In this document: piece after piece, positions 42,900 to 57,690 of the stretch
How the letters are laid out: each line of letters begins with the position of its first letter
Numbering within the stretch: position 1 is the first letter of the stretch
Source: the human T2T-CHM13v2.0 reference genome, Homo sapiens
Direction: 5' to 3' (one strand)
NCBI RefSeq assembly: GCF_009914755.1
Contig: NC_060934.1
DNA length: 64,000 bases
Program-made: the position numbers and the translations under genes
Notes under the pieces: model-generated
The model's database searches: none
Told to the model about the DNA's origin: nothing
The model's input: the letters and a program-made list of their open reading frames with translations, nothing else

Positions 42900-45800
42900 T
42901 GGAATGGAATGGAATGGAATGAAATGGAATGGAATGGAATGGAACGGAATCAGCCCGAGAGGAATGGAATGGAATGAAATGGAATGGAATGGAATCAACG
43001 AGAGTGGAACGGAATAGAATGGAATGGATTGGAATGGAATGGAAGGCAGTGGAAACAGCAGGAACGGAATTTAATGAAATGGAATGGAATGGAATGGAAC
43101 GGAATCAACCTGAGTGGAATGGAATGGAATGGAATGCAATGGAATGGAATGGAATGGAATCAACCCCAGTGTAATGGAATGGAATGGAATGCAATGGAAT
43201 GCAATGGTATGGAATGGATTAAACCCGAGTGCAATGGAATGCAATGGAATGGAATGTAATGGAATGGAATGGAATGCAATGGCATGCAGTGGAATGGAAT
43301 AAACACCAGTGGAAAGGAATGGAATGCAATGGAATGTAATGGAATGGATTGGAATGGAATGGAATGCAATGGATTGGAGAGCAATGAAATCAACCCGATT
43401 GGAATGGAATGGAATGCAATGGAATGGAATGGAATCAACTGGAAAGGAATCAAAAGGAATGGAATGGAATGGAATGGAATGGAATGGGATGGAATTACCC
43501 CGAGTGGAATGCAGTGGAATGGAATGGAATGGAATGGAATGGAATGGAATGGAATGGAATGAAATCAACCCGAATGGAATGGATTGGAATAGAGTGGAAT
43601 GGAATGGAACGGCATGGAATGCAATGGAATCAACTAGAATGGAATGGGATGGAATGGAAAGGATTGGAATGAACTGGAATGGAATGGAATGGAATGAAAT
43701 TTAATGCAATGGAATGGAATGGAATGGAGTCAACCGGAGTGGAGTGGAATAGAATGGAATGGAAATGAATGGAATGGAATGGAATGGAATGGAACGGAAC
43801 TGAATGCAATGAACCCGAGTGGAATAGAATGGAATGGAATGGAATAAACACGAATGGAATGGAATGGAATGGAATGGAATGGAATGGAATGGAATCAACT
43901 CGAGTGGAATGAAATGTAACGTCATGGAATGGAATGGAATGGAATGGAATGGAATGGAATGGAATGGAATCAACCCGACTGGAATGGAATGGAATGCAAT
44001 CATCCCTAGTGGAATGGAATGGAATGGAATGGAATACAATGGAATGGAATGGAATGGAAGGCATTGGAATCAACTGCAATGGAATGGAAATAATGAAATG
44101 AAATGGAATGGAATGGAATGGAATGGAATGGAATGGAATCAACTCCAGTGGAATGGAGTGGAATGGAATGGATTATAATGGAATGGAAAGGAATCAATCT
44201 GGGTGGAATGGTATGGAATGGAATGGAGTGGAATGGAATGGAATGGAATGGAACGGAATGGAATGGAATCAACCCGAATGGAATGAAATGGAAAGGAATG
44301 GAAAGAATTGGAAAGGAATGGAAAGGAATGGAATGGAATGGAATCAACCCGAATGGACTGGAATGGAATGGAATGGAATGGAATCAACTCAACTCGAATG
44401 GAAAAGAATGGAATGGAACGGAAAGGAATGTAATGGAATGGAATGGAATCAACCCACGTGGAATGGAATGGAATGGAATTCAATGGAATCAACCCAAGTG
44501 AATGGAATGGAAATGAATGGAATGGAATGGAAAGGAATGGAATGGAATCAACCCGAGTGGAACGGAATGGAATGAAATGGAGTGGAATGGAATCAACCCG
44601 AGTGGAAAGGAATGGAATGGAAAGGAATGGAATGGAATGGAAAGGAATGGAATGCAATGGAATGCACGGGTATGGAATGGAGTAAATCCGAGTGGAATGG
44701 AATGGAATGGAATTGAATGCAATGGAATGGAATGGAATGCAATGGAATGGAGTGGAATGGAATAAACACCAGTGGAATGGAATGGAATGGAGTGGAATGG
44801 AAAGGAGAGGAATGGAATGGAAAGGAATGGAATGGAATGGAATGGAATGGACTAGAGTGGAATGGAATTAAATGAAATCAACCCGATTGGAATGGAAAGG
44901 AATGGAATCAACTGGAAAGGAATCAAATGGAATGGAATGGAATGGAAGGGAATGGAACGGAATCAACACGACTGGAATGCAATGGAATGGAATGCAATGG
45001 AATGGAATGGAATGGAATGGAATGGAATGGAATGGAATGCAATGGAAAGGAATGGAATGAACTGGAATGGAATGGAATGGAATTTAATGGAATGGAATGG
45101 AATCGAATCAACGCGAGTGGAGTCGAATGGAATTGAAAGAAAATTAATAGAATGGAATGGAATGGAATGGAATGCAATGCAATGGAATGGAATAGAATGA
45201 ACCCGAGTGGAATGGAATGGAATGGAAAGGCACGGAATGGAATGGAACGGAATGCAATGGAATCAACCTGAGTGGAATGGAATGGAATGGAATCATCCCG
45301 AGTGAAATGGAATGGAATGAAATGGAGTGGAATGGAAAGGAATTGAGTGGAATGGAATGTAATGTAATCAACCCGAGTGGAATGGAATGGAATGGAATGG
45401 AATGGAATGGAATGGAATGGAAAGGAATGGAATAAATACGAGTGGAATGGAATGGAATGGAATGGAATGGAATAGAATGGAATGGAATCAACCCGAGTGG
45501 AAAGGAATGGAATGGAAAGGAATGGAATGGAATGGAAAGGAATGGAATGCAATGGAATGCACGGGTATGGAATGGAGTCAATCCGAGTGGAATGGAATGG
45601 AATGGAATTGAATGCAATGGAATGGAATGGAATGCAATGGAATGGAGTGGAATGGAATAAACACCAGTGGAATGGAATGGAATGGAGTGGAATGGAAAGG
45701 ACAGGAATGGAATGGAAAGGAATGGAATGGAATGGAATGGAATGGAATGGACTAGAGTGGAATGGAATTAAATGAAATCAACCCGATTGGAATGGAAAGG

Positions 45801-48285
45801 AATGGAATCAACTGGAAAGGAATCAAATGGAATGGAATGGAATGGAAGGGAATGGAACGGAATCAACACGACTGGAATGCAATGGAATGGAATGCAATGG
45901 AATGGAATGGAATGGAATGGAATGGAATGGAATGGAATGGAATGCAATGGAAAGGAATGGAATGAACTGGAATGGAATGGAATGGAATTTAATGGAATGG
46001 AATGGAATCGAATCAACGCGAGTGGAGTCGAATGGAATTGAAAGAAAATTAATAGAATGGAATGGAATGGAATGGAATGCAATGCAATGGAATGGAATAG
46101 AATGAACCCGAGTGGAATGGAATGGAATGGAAAGGCACGGAATGGAATGGAACGGAATGCAATGGAATCAACCTGAGTGGAATGGAATGGAATGGAATCA
46201 TCCCGAGTGAAATGGAATGGAATGAAATGGAGTGGAATGGAAAGGAATTGAGTGGAATGGAATGTAATGTAATCAACCCGAGTGGAATGGAATGGAATGG
46301 AATGGAATGGAATGGAATGGAATGGAAAGGAATGGAATAAATACGAGTGGAATGGAATGGAATGGAATGGAATGGAATAGAATGGAATGGAATCAACCCG
46401 AGTGGAAAGGAATGGAATGGAAAGGAATGGAATGGAATGGAAAGGAATGGAATGCAATGGAATGCAATGGTATGGAATGGAGTCAATCCGAGTGGAATGG
46501 AATGGAATGGAATTGAATGCAATGGAATGGAATGGAATGCAATGGAATGGAGTGGAATGGAATAAACACCAGTGGAATGGAATGGAATGGAATGGAATGG
46601 AATGGAATGGAATGGAATGGAATGGAATGGAAAGGACAGGAATGGAATGGAAAGGAATGGAATGGAATGGAATGGAATGGAATTTAATGGAATGGAATGG
46701 AATGGAATCAACGCGAGTGGAGTCGAATGGAATTGAAAGAAAATTAATAGAATGGAATGGAATGGAATGCAATGGAATGCAATGGAATGGAATAGAATGA
46801 ACCCGAGTGGAATGGAATGGAAGGGAAAGGCACGGAATAGAATGGAACGGAATGCAATGGAATCAACCTGAGTGGAATGGAATGGAATGGAATCAACCCG
46901 AGTGTAATTTAATGGAGTGGAATGCAATGGAATGGAATGGAGTGGAAAGCATTAGAATCAACTGCAATGGAATGGAATGGAATGGAATGGAATGGAATGG
47001 AATGGAATGGAATGGCATGGAATGCAATCAACCCTAGTGGAATGGAATGCATTACAATGGAATGGAAAGGAAACAATCCGGGTGGAATGGAATGGAATGG
47101 AATGGATTATAATGGAATGGAATGGAATCAATCCCGGTCGAATGGAATAGAATGGAATGGAATGGAATGGAATGGAATGAAATGGAATGGAATGGAATGG
47201 AACGGAATCAGCCCGAGAGGAATGGAATGGAATGAAATGGAATGGAATGGAATCAACGAGAGTGGAACGGAATAGAATGGAATGGATTGGAATGGAATGG
47301 AAGGCAGTGGAAACAGCAGGAACGGAATTTAATGAAATGGAATGGAATGGAATGGAACGGAATCAACCTGAGTGGAATGGAACGGAATGGAATGCAATGG
47401 AATGGAATGGAATGGAATCAACCCCAGTGGAATGGAATGGAATGGAATGCAATGGAATGCAATGGTATGGAATGGATTAAACCTGAGTGCAATGGAATGC
47501 AATGGAATGGAATGTAATGGAATGGAATGGAATGCAATGGCATGGAGTGGAAGGGAATAAACACCAGTGGAAAGGAATGGAATGCAATGGAATGTAATGG
47601 AATGGATTGGAATGGAATGGAATGGAATGGATTGGAGTGCAATGGATTGGAGTGCAATGAAATAAACCCGATTGGAATGGAATGGAATGCAATGGAATGG
47701 AAAGGAATCAACTGGAAAGGAATCAAAAGGAATGGAATGGAATGGAATGGAATGGAATGGAATGGGATGGAATTACCCCGAGTGGAATGCAGTGGAATGA
47801 AATGGAATGGAATGGAATGGAATGGAATGGAATGGAATGGAATGAAATCAACCCGAATGGAATGGATTGGAATAGAGTGGAATGGAATGGAACGGCATGG
47901 AATGCAATGGAATCAACTAGAATGGAATGGGATGGAATGGAAAGGATTGGAATGAACTGGAATGGAATGGAATGGAATGAAATTTAATGCAATGGAATGG
48001 AATGGAATGGAGTCAACCGGAGTGGAGTGGAATAGAATGGAATGGAAATGAATGGAATGGAATGGAATGGAATGGAACGGAACTGAATGCAATGAACCCG
48101 AGTGGAGTAGAATGGAATGGAATGGAATAAACACGAATGGAATGGAATGGAATGGAATGGAATGGAATGGAATGGAATCAACTCGAGTGGAATGAAATGT
48201 AACGTCATGGAATGGAATGGAATGGAATGGAATGGAATGGAATGGAATGGAATGGAATGGAATCAACCCGACTGGAATGGAATGG
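42900..48285 (+). repeat. ~4.26 kb-offset duplication: 42900-43990 repeated at 47160-48285
   Basis: CGGAATCAGCCCGAGAGG ~42945/~47203, AAGGCAGTGGAAACAGCAGG ~43043/~47301, GGGATGGAATTACCCCGAG ~43486/~47764, GAGTCAACCGGAGT ~43727/~48010. Confidence 0.87.
44590..46860 (+). repeat. ~0.9 kb tandem subrepeat, about 2.5 copies
   Basis: GGAATTAAATGAAATCAACCCGATT at ~44864/~45764. GAGTCGAATGGAATTGAAAGAAAATTAATAG at ~45120/~46026/~46720. ORFs 45217..45435 and 46122..46340 are identical (offset 905). The same ~0.9 kb subunit is present as ~1.5-2 copies at ~17.1-18.6, ~28.9-30.4 and ~40.7-42.2 kb (GCACGGGTATGG at ~17347/~18247, ~29159/~30049, ~40937/~41837). Confidence 0.88.
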
Positions 48286-50000
48286 AATGGATTGGAATCA
48301 CCTGGATAAGAATGAAATGGAATGGAATGGAATGGAATGGAATGGAATGGAATGGAATGGAATGCAATTGAAAGGAATGGAATGAAATCAACCTGAGTGG
48401 CATGGATTGGAAAAGAGTGGAATGGAATGGAAAGGCATGGAATGCAATGAAATCAACTAGAATGGAATGGAATGGAATGGAATGGACAGGAATGGAATGG
48501 AATGGAATGGAGTGGAATGGACTAGAATGGAATGGAATGTAATGAAATCAACCGGATTGGAATGGAATGGAATGCAATGGAATGGAATGGAGTCAACAGG
48601 AAAGGAATCAAATGAAACGGAATGGAATGGAATGCAATGGAATAGAATGGAATGAAATCAACTCGAGGGGAAAGGAATGGAATGGCAAGGAATCGAATGG
48701 AAAGGAAAGGAATGGAATCCAAAGGAATGCAATGGTATGGAATGGAGTCAACCCGAGTGGAATGGAATGGAATGGAATGGAATGGAAAGGAATGCAATGG
48801 ATTGGAGTGGAATGGAATAAACACTAGTGGAATGGAATGGAATGGAATGGCATGGACAGGAATGGAATGGAATGGAATGAAATGGAATGGAATGGAATGG
48901 ACTAGAATGGAATGGAATGGAATGAAATCAACCAGATTGGAATGGAATGGAATGCAATGGAAGGTAATGGAATCAACAGGAAAGGAATGAAGTGGAGTGG
49001 AATGGAATGTAATGGAATGGAGTGGAATGGAATGGAATGGAATGGAATGGAATGGAATGGAATTAACCCGAGTAGAATTCTATGGAATGGAATGAAATGG
49101 AATGGAATGAAATCAACCCTAATGGAATGGATTGTAATAAAATGGAATGGAATGGAATGGCATGGAATGCAATGGAATCAACTAGAATGGAATGGAATGG
49201 AATGAAATGGACAGGAATGGAATGGAATCGAATGGAATGGAATGGACTGGAATGGACTAGAATGGAATGGAATGGAATGAAACAAACCCGATTGGAATGG
49301 AATGGAATGCAATGGAATGGAATGGAATCAACTTGAAAGGAATGAAATGGAATGGAATGGAATGGAATGGAATGGAATCAACCCGAGTGGAATGCAATGG
49401 AATGGAATGGAATGGAATGGAATCAACTCGAGTGGAATGGATTGAAATGGAGTGGAATGGAATGGAACGGCATGGAATGCAATGGAATCAACTAGAATGG
49501 AATGGAATGGAATGGATTGGAATGGAATCGAATGGAATCAACCTGAGTGGAATGGAATGGAATGGAATGGAATGAATGGAATGGAAACTAAAGGAATGGA
49601 ATGGAAAGGAAACAACCCGAGTGGAATGGAATGCAATGGAATGCAATGGAATGGAATGGAATGTTATTCCATGTAATGGAAACAAACCGAGTGGAATATA
49701 ATGGAATGAAAAGGACTGGGATGTAATGGAATGGATTGGAATCTACCCGATTACAACGCATCGGAATGGAATGGAAGGTAATGGAATTCAATGGAAAAGA
49801 ATGGAATGAACTGGAATGCAATGGAATTTAATGGAATGGAATGGCATGGAATGGAATCAACCCGAGGGGAGTCGAATGGAATGGAAAGGAAATGAATGGA
49901 ATGGATTGGAATGGAACGAAATGGAATGAACCCGAGTAGAATGGAATGGAATGGAATGGAATGGAATCAACTCGAGTGGAATGAAATGTAACGTCATGGA
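48285..50000 (+). repeat. Block paralogous to 58400-60220 (offset ~10.1 kb)
   Basis: GGAATCACCTGGATAAGAATG ~48294/~58408, CTCGAGGGGAAAGG ~48662/~58765, AAACACTAGTGG ~48819/~58927, GGAAGGTAATGGAATCAACAGG ~48959/~59101, AAATCAACCCTAATGG ~49110/~59232, GACTGGGATGTAA ~49714/~59851. Confidence 0.85.
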
Positions 50001-52830
50001 ATGGAATGGAATGGAATGGAATGGAATGGGATGCAATGGAATCAATTCGAGTGCAATGTAATGGTATAGAACGGAATGGAATGGAATGGAATGGAATGGA
50101 ATGGAATGGAATCAACCAGAGTGGAATGGAATGGAAAGTAATGGAATGGAATGGATTGGAATGGAATGGAATGGAATGGAACGGCATGGAATGCAATGGA
50201 ATGGAGTGGAATCAACCCGAGTGGAATGGAATGGAATGGACTGTAAGGGCATGCAATGGAATGGAATGGCGTGGAATCAAACCGAGTGGAATGGAATGGA
50301 AAGGAATGGAATGGAAATGAATGGAATGGAATCAACACGAGTGGAATGGACTGGAATGGAATGGAATGGAATCAACCCGAGTGGAATAGAATGGAATGGA
50401 ATGGAATAGAATCAACCCGAGTGCAATGGAATGCAATGGAATGAAATGGAATGGAATCGAATGAAATGAACACGTATGGAATGGAATGGAATGGAATGGA
50501 ATGGAATGGAATGGAATGGAATGGAATGGAAGAGAATGGAATGGAATCAACCCGAGTTGAAAGGAATGGAATGGAAAGGAATAAAATGGAATGGAAAGGA
50601 ATGGAATGCAATGGAATGCAATGGTATGGAATGGAGTCAACCCGAGTGGATGGAATGGCATGGAATCGAATGGAATGGAATGGAATGGAAGGCAATGGAA
50701 TGGAGTAGAATGGAATAAACACCAGTGGAATGGAATGGAATTGAATGGAATGGACTAGAATGGAATGGAATGGAATGAAATCAACCCGACTGGAAAGGAA
50801 TGGAATGCAATTGAATGGAATGGAATCACCTGGAAAGGAATGAAATGGAATGGAATGGAATGGAATGGAATGGAATGAATGGAATGGAATGGAATGAATG
50901 GAATGGAACGGAATGGTAACTAATGGAATGTAATGGAATGGCATGGAATGCAATGGAATCAACTAGAATGGAATGGAATGGAATGAAATGGACAGGAATG
51001 GAATGCAATGGAATGGAATGGAATGGAATGGAATGGAATGGAATGGAATGGAATGGACTAGAATGGAATGGAATGGAATGAAATCAACCCGATTGGAATG
51101 GAATGGAATGCAATGGAATGGAATGGAATCAACTTGAAAGGAATGAAATGGAATGGAATGGAATGGAATGGAATCAACCCGAGTGGAATGCAATGGAATG
51201 GAATGGAATGGCATGGAATGGAATGGAATGGAATGGAATGGAATGGAATCAACTCGAGGGTAATGGATTGAAATGGAGTGGAATGGAATGGAACGGCATG
51301 GAATGCAATGGAATCAACTAGAATGGAATGGAATGGAATGGATTGGAATGGAATCGAACGGAATCAACCTGAGTGGAATGGAATGGAATGGAATGGAATG
51401 AATGGAATGGAAACTAAAGGAATGGAATGGAAAGGAAACAACCCGAGTGGAATGGAATTCAATGGAATGCAATGGAAAGGAATGGAATGGAATGGAATTG
51501 AATGGAATGAATGGAATGGAAACTAAAGGAATGGAATGGAAAGGAAACAACCCGAGTGGAATGGAATTCAATGGAATGCAATGGAATGGAATGGAATGGA
51601 ATGGAATTCAGTGTAATGGAAACAAACCGAGTGGAATATAATGGAATGAAAAGGATTGGGATGTAATGGAATGGATTGGAATCAACCCGATTACAACGCA
51701 ACTGAATGGAATGGAAGGGAATGGAACTCAATGGAAAAGAATGGAATGAACTGGAATGAAATGGAATTTAATGGAATGGAATGGAACGGAATGGAATCAA
51801 CCCGAGGGGAGTCGAATGGAATGGAAAGGAAATGAATGGAATGGAATGGAATGGAAAGAAATGGAATGACCCCGAGTAGAATGGAATGGAATGGAATGGA
51901 ATGGAATGGAATGGAATTGAATGGAATCAACTCGAGTGGAATGAAATGTAACGTCATGGAATAGAATGGAATGGAATGGAATGGAATGGAATGGAATAGA
52001 AAGGAATCAATTCGAGTGCAATGTAATGGTATAGAATGGAATGGAATGGAATGGAATGTAACGGCATGGAATGCAATGGAATGGAGTGGAATCAACCCGA
52101 GTGGAATGGAATGGAATGGACTGTAACGGCATGGAATGGAATGGAATGGAATGGAATAAAACCGAGTGGATTGGAATGGAAAGGAATGGAACGGAAATGA
52201 ATGGAATGGAATCAACCCGAGTGGAATGGACTGGAATGGAATGGAATGGAATCAACCCGAGTGGAATAGAATGGAATGGAATGGAATGGAATCAACCCGA
52301 GTGCAATGGAATGCAATGGAATGAAAAGGAATGGAATGGAATGAAATGAACACGTATGGAATGGAATGGAATGGAATGGAATGGAATGGAATGGAATGGA
52401 ATGGAATGGAGTGGAAGAGAATGGAATGGAATCAACCCGAGTTGAAAGGAATGGAATGGAAAGGAATAGAATGGAATGGAAAGGAATGGAATGCAATGGA
52501 ATGCAATGGTATGGAATGGAGTCACCCGAGTGGATGGAATGGAATGGAATGGAATGGAATGGAATGGAATGGAATGCAATGGAATGGAGTGGAATGGAAT
52601 AAACACCAGTGGAATGGAATGGAATGGAATGGAATGGACTAGAATGGAATGCAATGGAATGAAATCAACCCGATTGGAATGGAATGGAATGCAATGGAAT
52701 GGAATGGAATCACCTGGAAAGGAATGAAATGGAATGGAATGGAATGGAATGGAATGAATGGAATGGAATGGAATGGAATGAATGGAATGGAACCGAATGG
52801 AAACTAATGGAATGTAATGGAAAGGAAACA
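49150..52830 (+). repeat. ~1.9 kb diverged tandem pair (about 49150-50940 / 50940-52830), with a third relative at ~56830-58420
   Basis: CAACTTGAAAGG ~49329/~51130, CCCGAGGGGAGTCGAA 49861/51801, GACTGTAA(G/C)GGC ~50239/~52119 (CTGTAACAGC 57821), AACACGTATGG ~50469/~52349, CCCGAGTTGAAAGG ~50551/~52436, ATCACCTGGAAAGG ~50825/~52709. Confidence 0.83.
51395..51600 (+). repeat. 109 bp tandem duplication
   Basis: AAACTAAAGGAATGGAATGGAAAGGAAACAACCCGAGTGGAATGGAATTCAATGGAATGCAATGG at 51411 and 51520. Single copy in the paralogs at ~49585 and ~59727. Confidence 0.85.
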
Positions 52831-54879
52831 ACCAGAGTGGAATGGAATGCAATGGAATGCAATGGAATGGAATGGAATGCAATGGAATTCAATGGAATGG
52901 AAAAAAAGCGAGGGAATGGAATGGAATGGAAAGGACTGGAATGTAATGGAATGGATTGGAGTCAACCCGATTCCAACGCAATGGAATGGAATCGAATGGA
53001 AAGGAATGGAATGAACTGGAATGGAATGGAAAGGAATGGAATGAACTGGAATGGAATGGAATGGAATGGAATTTAATGGAATGGAATGGAATGGAATGGA
53101 ATGGAATCAACCCGAGTAGAGTGGAATGGAATGGAATGGAAATGAATGGAATGGAATGGAATGGAATGGAACAGAACGGAATGGAATGAACCCGAGTGGA
53201 ATGGAAAGCAATGGAATGGAATGGAATGGAATGGAATCTACCCTAGTAGAATGGAATGGAATGGAATGGAATGGAATGGAATGGAATGGAATAAACACGA
53301 GTGGAATGGAATGGAATGGAATGGAATGGAATGGAATGCAATGGAATGGAATAGAATGTAATGGAATCAACTCGAGTGGAAAGGAATGGAATGGAAAGGA
53401 ATGAAATGGAAAGGAAAGGAATGGAATGCAACAGAATGCCATTGTATGGAATGGAGTCAACCCGAGTGGATTGGAATGGAACGGAATGGAATGGAATGGA
53501 ATGAAATGGAATGGAATGGAATGCAACGGAATGGAGTGGAATGGAATAAACACCAATGGAATGGAATGGAATGGAATGGAATGGAATGGAATGGAATGGA
53601 ATGGAATGGAATGGAAGGAAATGGAATGAAATCAACCCGATTGGAATGGAACGGAATGCAATTGAATGGAATGGAATCAATTCGAAAGGAATGAAATGAA
53701 TGGAATGGAATGGAATGGAATGGAATGGAATGGAAAGGAATCAACCCGGGTAGAATGGAATGGAATGGAATGGAATGGAATGGAATGGAATGGAATGGAG
53801 TGGAATGTAATAAACAGCAGTGGAATGGAAGGAATGGAAGGGAATGGAATGGACAGGAATGGAATGGAATGGAATGGAATGGAATGGACTGGAATGGAAT
53901 GGAATGGAATGAAATAAACCAGATTGGAATGGAAAGAACTAGAATGGAATGGAATGGAATGAAATAAACCAGATTGGAATGGAATGGAATGCAATGGAAT
54001 GGAATCAACCAGAGTGGAATGGAATGGAATGGAATGGAATGGAATGGAATGGAATGGAATGGTATCAACCCGAGTGGAATGGAATGGAATGGAATGGAAT
54101 GGAATTGAATGGAATAAACAAGAGTGGAATGGAAAGGAATGGAATGGAATGGAATGGAATAGAATGGAAAGGAATGGATTGGAAAGGAATGGAATTGAAA
54201 GGAAAGGAATGGAATGCAATGGAATGCAAAGGTATGGAATGGAGTAAACCCGAGTGGAATTGAATGCAATGGAATACAACGTAATGGAATGGAATGGAAT
54301 GCAATGGAATGGAGTGGAATGGATTAAACACCAGTGGAAAGAATGGAATGCAATGGACTGGAATGGACAGGAATGGAATGGAATGGAATGGAATGGAATG
54401 GAATGGAATGGAATGGATTGGAATGGAATGGAATGGAATGGAATGGAGTGCAATGAAATCAACCCGATTGGAATGGAATGGATTGCAATGGAATGGAATG
54501 GAATCAACTGGAAAGGAATCAAATGGAAAGGAATGGAATGGAATGGAATGGAATGGAATTGAATTAACCCGAGTGGAATGCAGTGGAATGGAATGGAATG
54601 GAATGGAATGAAATCAACCCGAATGGAATGGATTTGAATAGAGTGGAATGGAATGGAACGGCATGGAATGCAATGGAATCAACTAGAATGGAATGGGATG
54701 GAATGGAAAGGAATGGAATGAACTGGAATGGAATGGAATGGAATGGAATTTAATGGAATGGAATGGAATGGAATGGAAATTAATGGAATGGAATGGAATG
54801 GAGTAGAACGGAACGGAATGGAATGAACCCGAGTGGAATGGAATGGAATGGAATGGAAAGGAATGGAATCGAATGAAAT

Positions 54880-56800
54880 CAACCCGAGTGGAATGGAATG
54901 GAATGGAATGGAAAGGAATGGACTAGAATGGAATGGAAAGGAAAGGAATGGAATGCAGTGAAATGCAATGGTATGGAATGGAGTCAACCCGAGTGGAATG
55001 GAATGGAAAGGAATGGAATGAAATGGAATGGAATGGAATGCAATGGAACGGAGTGGAATGGAGTAATCAACAGTGGAATGGAATGCAATGGAATAGAGTG
55101 GAATGGAATAAACACCAGTGGAATGGAATGGAATGGAATGGAATGGAATGGAATGGTCAGGAATGGAATGGAATGGAATGGAATGGAAAGGACTAGAAGG
55201 GAATGGAATGGAATGAAATCAACCCGATTGGAATGGAATGGAATGCAATGGAATGGAATCGAATCAGCTGGAAAGGAATCAAAGGGAATGGAATGGAATG
55301 GAACAGAATTGAATAGAATCAACTCGAGTGGAAAGGAATGCAATAGAAAGGAAAGGAATGGAAAGGAAACGAATGGAATGCAATGGATTGCAATGGTATG
55401 GAATGGAGTCAAATCGAGTGGAATGGAATGGAATGAAATCGAATGGAATGGTATTTAATGGAATGGAGTGGAATGGAATAAACACCAGTGGAATGGAATG
55501 CAACGGAATGGAGTGGAATGGAATAAACACCAGTGGAATGGAATGGAATGGAATGGAGTGGAATGGAATGGAATGGAATGGAATGGACAGGAATGGAATG
55601 GAATGGAATGAAATCAACCCGATTGGAATGGAGTGGAATGCAACGGAATGGAATGGAATCAACTGGAAAGCAATGAAATGGAAAGGAATGGAATGCAATG
55701 GAATGGAATGGAATGGAATCAACTCGAGTGGAATTCAATGGAATGGAATGGAATGGAATGGAATCAACCCGATTGGAATGGAATGGAATGGAGTGGAATG
55801 GAATGGAATGGCATGGAATGCTATGGAATCAACTAGAATGGAATGGAATGGAATGGATTGGAATGGAATTGAACGGAATCAACCTGAGTGGAATGGAATG
55901 GAATGGAATGGAATGAAATGAATGGAATGGAACGGAATTGATACTAATGCAATGGAATGGAAAGGAAAGAACCCGAGTGGAATGGAATGCAATGGAATGC
56001 AATGGAATGGAATGGAATTCAATGTAATGGAAACAAACAGAGTGGAATGTAGTGGAATGGAAAGGACTGTAATGTGATGGAATGTACTGGAATGAACCCG
56101 ATTCCAATGCAACGGAATGGAACGGAATGGAATGGAAGGGAATGGAATGGAATGGAAACGAATGGAATGACCTGGAATGGAATGGAATGGAATGGAATGG
56201 AATTTAATGGAATGGAATGGAATGGAATGGAATCAACCCGAGTGGAGTGGAATGGAATGGAATGGAAATGAATGGAATGGAATGGAATGGAATGGAACGG
56301 AACGGAATGCAATGAACCCGAGTCAAATGGAATGGAATGGAATGGAATGGAATCATCCCGAGTGGAATGGAATCAAATAGAATGGAATAAACACGAGTGG
56401 AATGAATGGAATGGAATGGAATGGAAAGGAATGGACTAGAATGGAATGGAAAGGAAAGGAATTTAATGCAATGGAATGGACTGGAGTCCACCCGAGTGGA
56501 ATGGAATGGAATGGAATGGAATGAAATGGAATGGAACGGAATGCAATGGAATGGAGTGGAACGGAATAAAAAACAGTGGAATGGAATGCAATGGAATAGA
56601 GTGGAATGGAATAAACACCGTTGGACTGGAATGGAACGGAATAGAATGGACAGGAATGGAATGGAATGGAATGGAAAGGACTACAATGGAATGGAATGGA
56701 ATGAAATCAACCCGATTAGAATGGAATGTAATGTAATGGAATGGAATGGAATCAGCTGGAAATGAATCAAAGGGAACGGAATGGTATGGAATGGAATGGA
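54880..56800 (+). repeat. Block paralogous to 61060-63050 (offset ~6.2 kb)
   Basis: GAATGGTCAGG ~55151/~61342, ATCAGCTGGAAAGG ~55263/~61459, GGTATTTAATGG ~55450/~61701, GCTATGGAATCAACTAGA ~55820/~61936, GATACTAATGCAATGG ~55940/~62067, AAGGGAACGGAATGGTATGG ~56770/~63011. Confidence 0.83.
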
Positions 56801-57510
56801 ATGGAATGGAATGGAATGGAATGGAAACTATAGGAATGGAATGGAAAGGAAACAACTCGAATGGAATGGAATGCAATGGAATGCAATGGAATGGAATGGA
56901 ATGGAATGGAATGGAATGGAATGGAATGGAATTCAGTGTAATGGAAACAAACCGAGTGGAATATAATGGAATGAAAAAGACCGGGATTTAATGGAATGGA
57001 TTGGAATCAACCCGATTACAATGCAACAGAATGGAATGGAAGGGAATGGAATGGAATGGAAGGGAATGGAATGAACTGGAATGCAATGGAATTTAATGGA
57101 ATGGAATGGAACGGAATGGAATCAACCTCAGTGGAGTGGAATGGAATGGAAAGGAAATGAATGGAATGGAATGGAATGGAATGGAACGGAACGAAATGAA
57201 ATGAACCCGAGTAGAATGGAATGGAATGGAATGGAATGGAATGGAATGGAATGGAATGAACCCGAGTGGAATGAAATGGAATGGAATGGAATGGAATGGA
57301 ATGGAATGGAATGGAATGGAATGGAACGGGACTAACAGGATTGAACCCGAGTAGAATGGAATGGATTGGAATGGAATGGAATGGAATCAACCCGAGTGGA
57401 ATGGAATGGAATGGAACGGAATAAACACGAATGGAATGGAATGGAATGGAATCAACTCGAGTGGAATGAAATGTAACGTCATGGAATGGAATGGAATGGA
57501 ATGGAATGGA

Positions 57511-57690
57511 ATAGAATGGAATCAATTCGAGTGCAATGTAATGGAATAGAATGGAATCAATTAAACTGCAATGTAATGGTATAGAATGGAATGGAATGGA
57601 ATAGAATGGAATCAATTCGAGTGCAATGTAATGGAATAGAATGGAATCAATTAAACTGCAATGTAATGGTATAGAATGGAATGGAATGGA
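57511..57690 (+). repeat. Exact 90 bp tandem duplication
   Basis: ATCAATTCGAGTGCAATGTAATGGAATAGAATGGAATCAATTAAACTGCAATGTAATGGTATAGAATGG starts at both 57521 and 57611. Confidence 0.92.
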
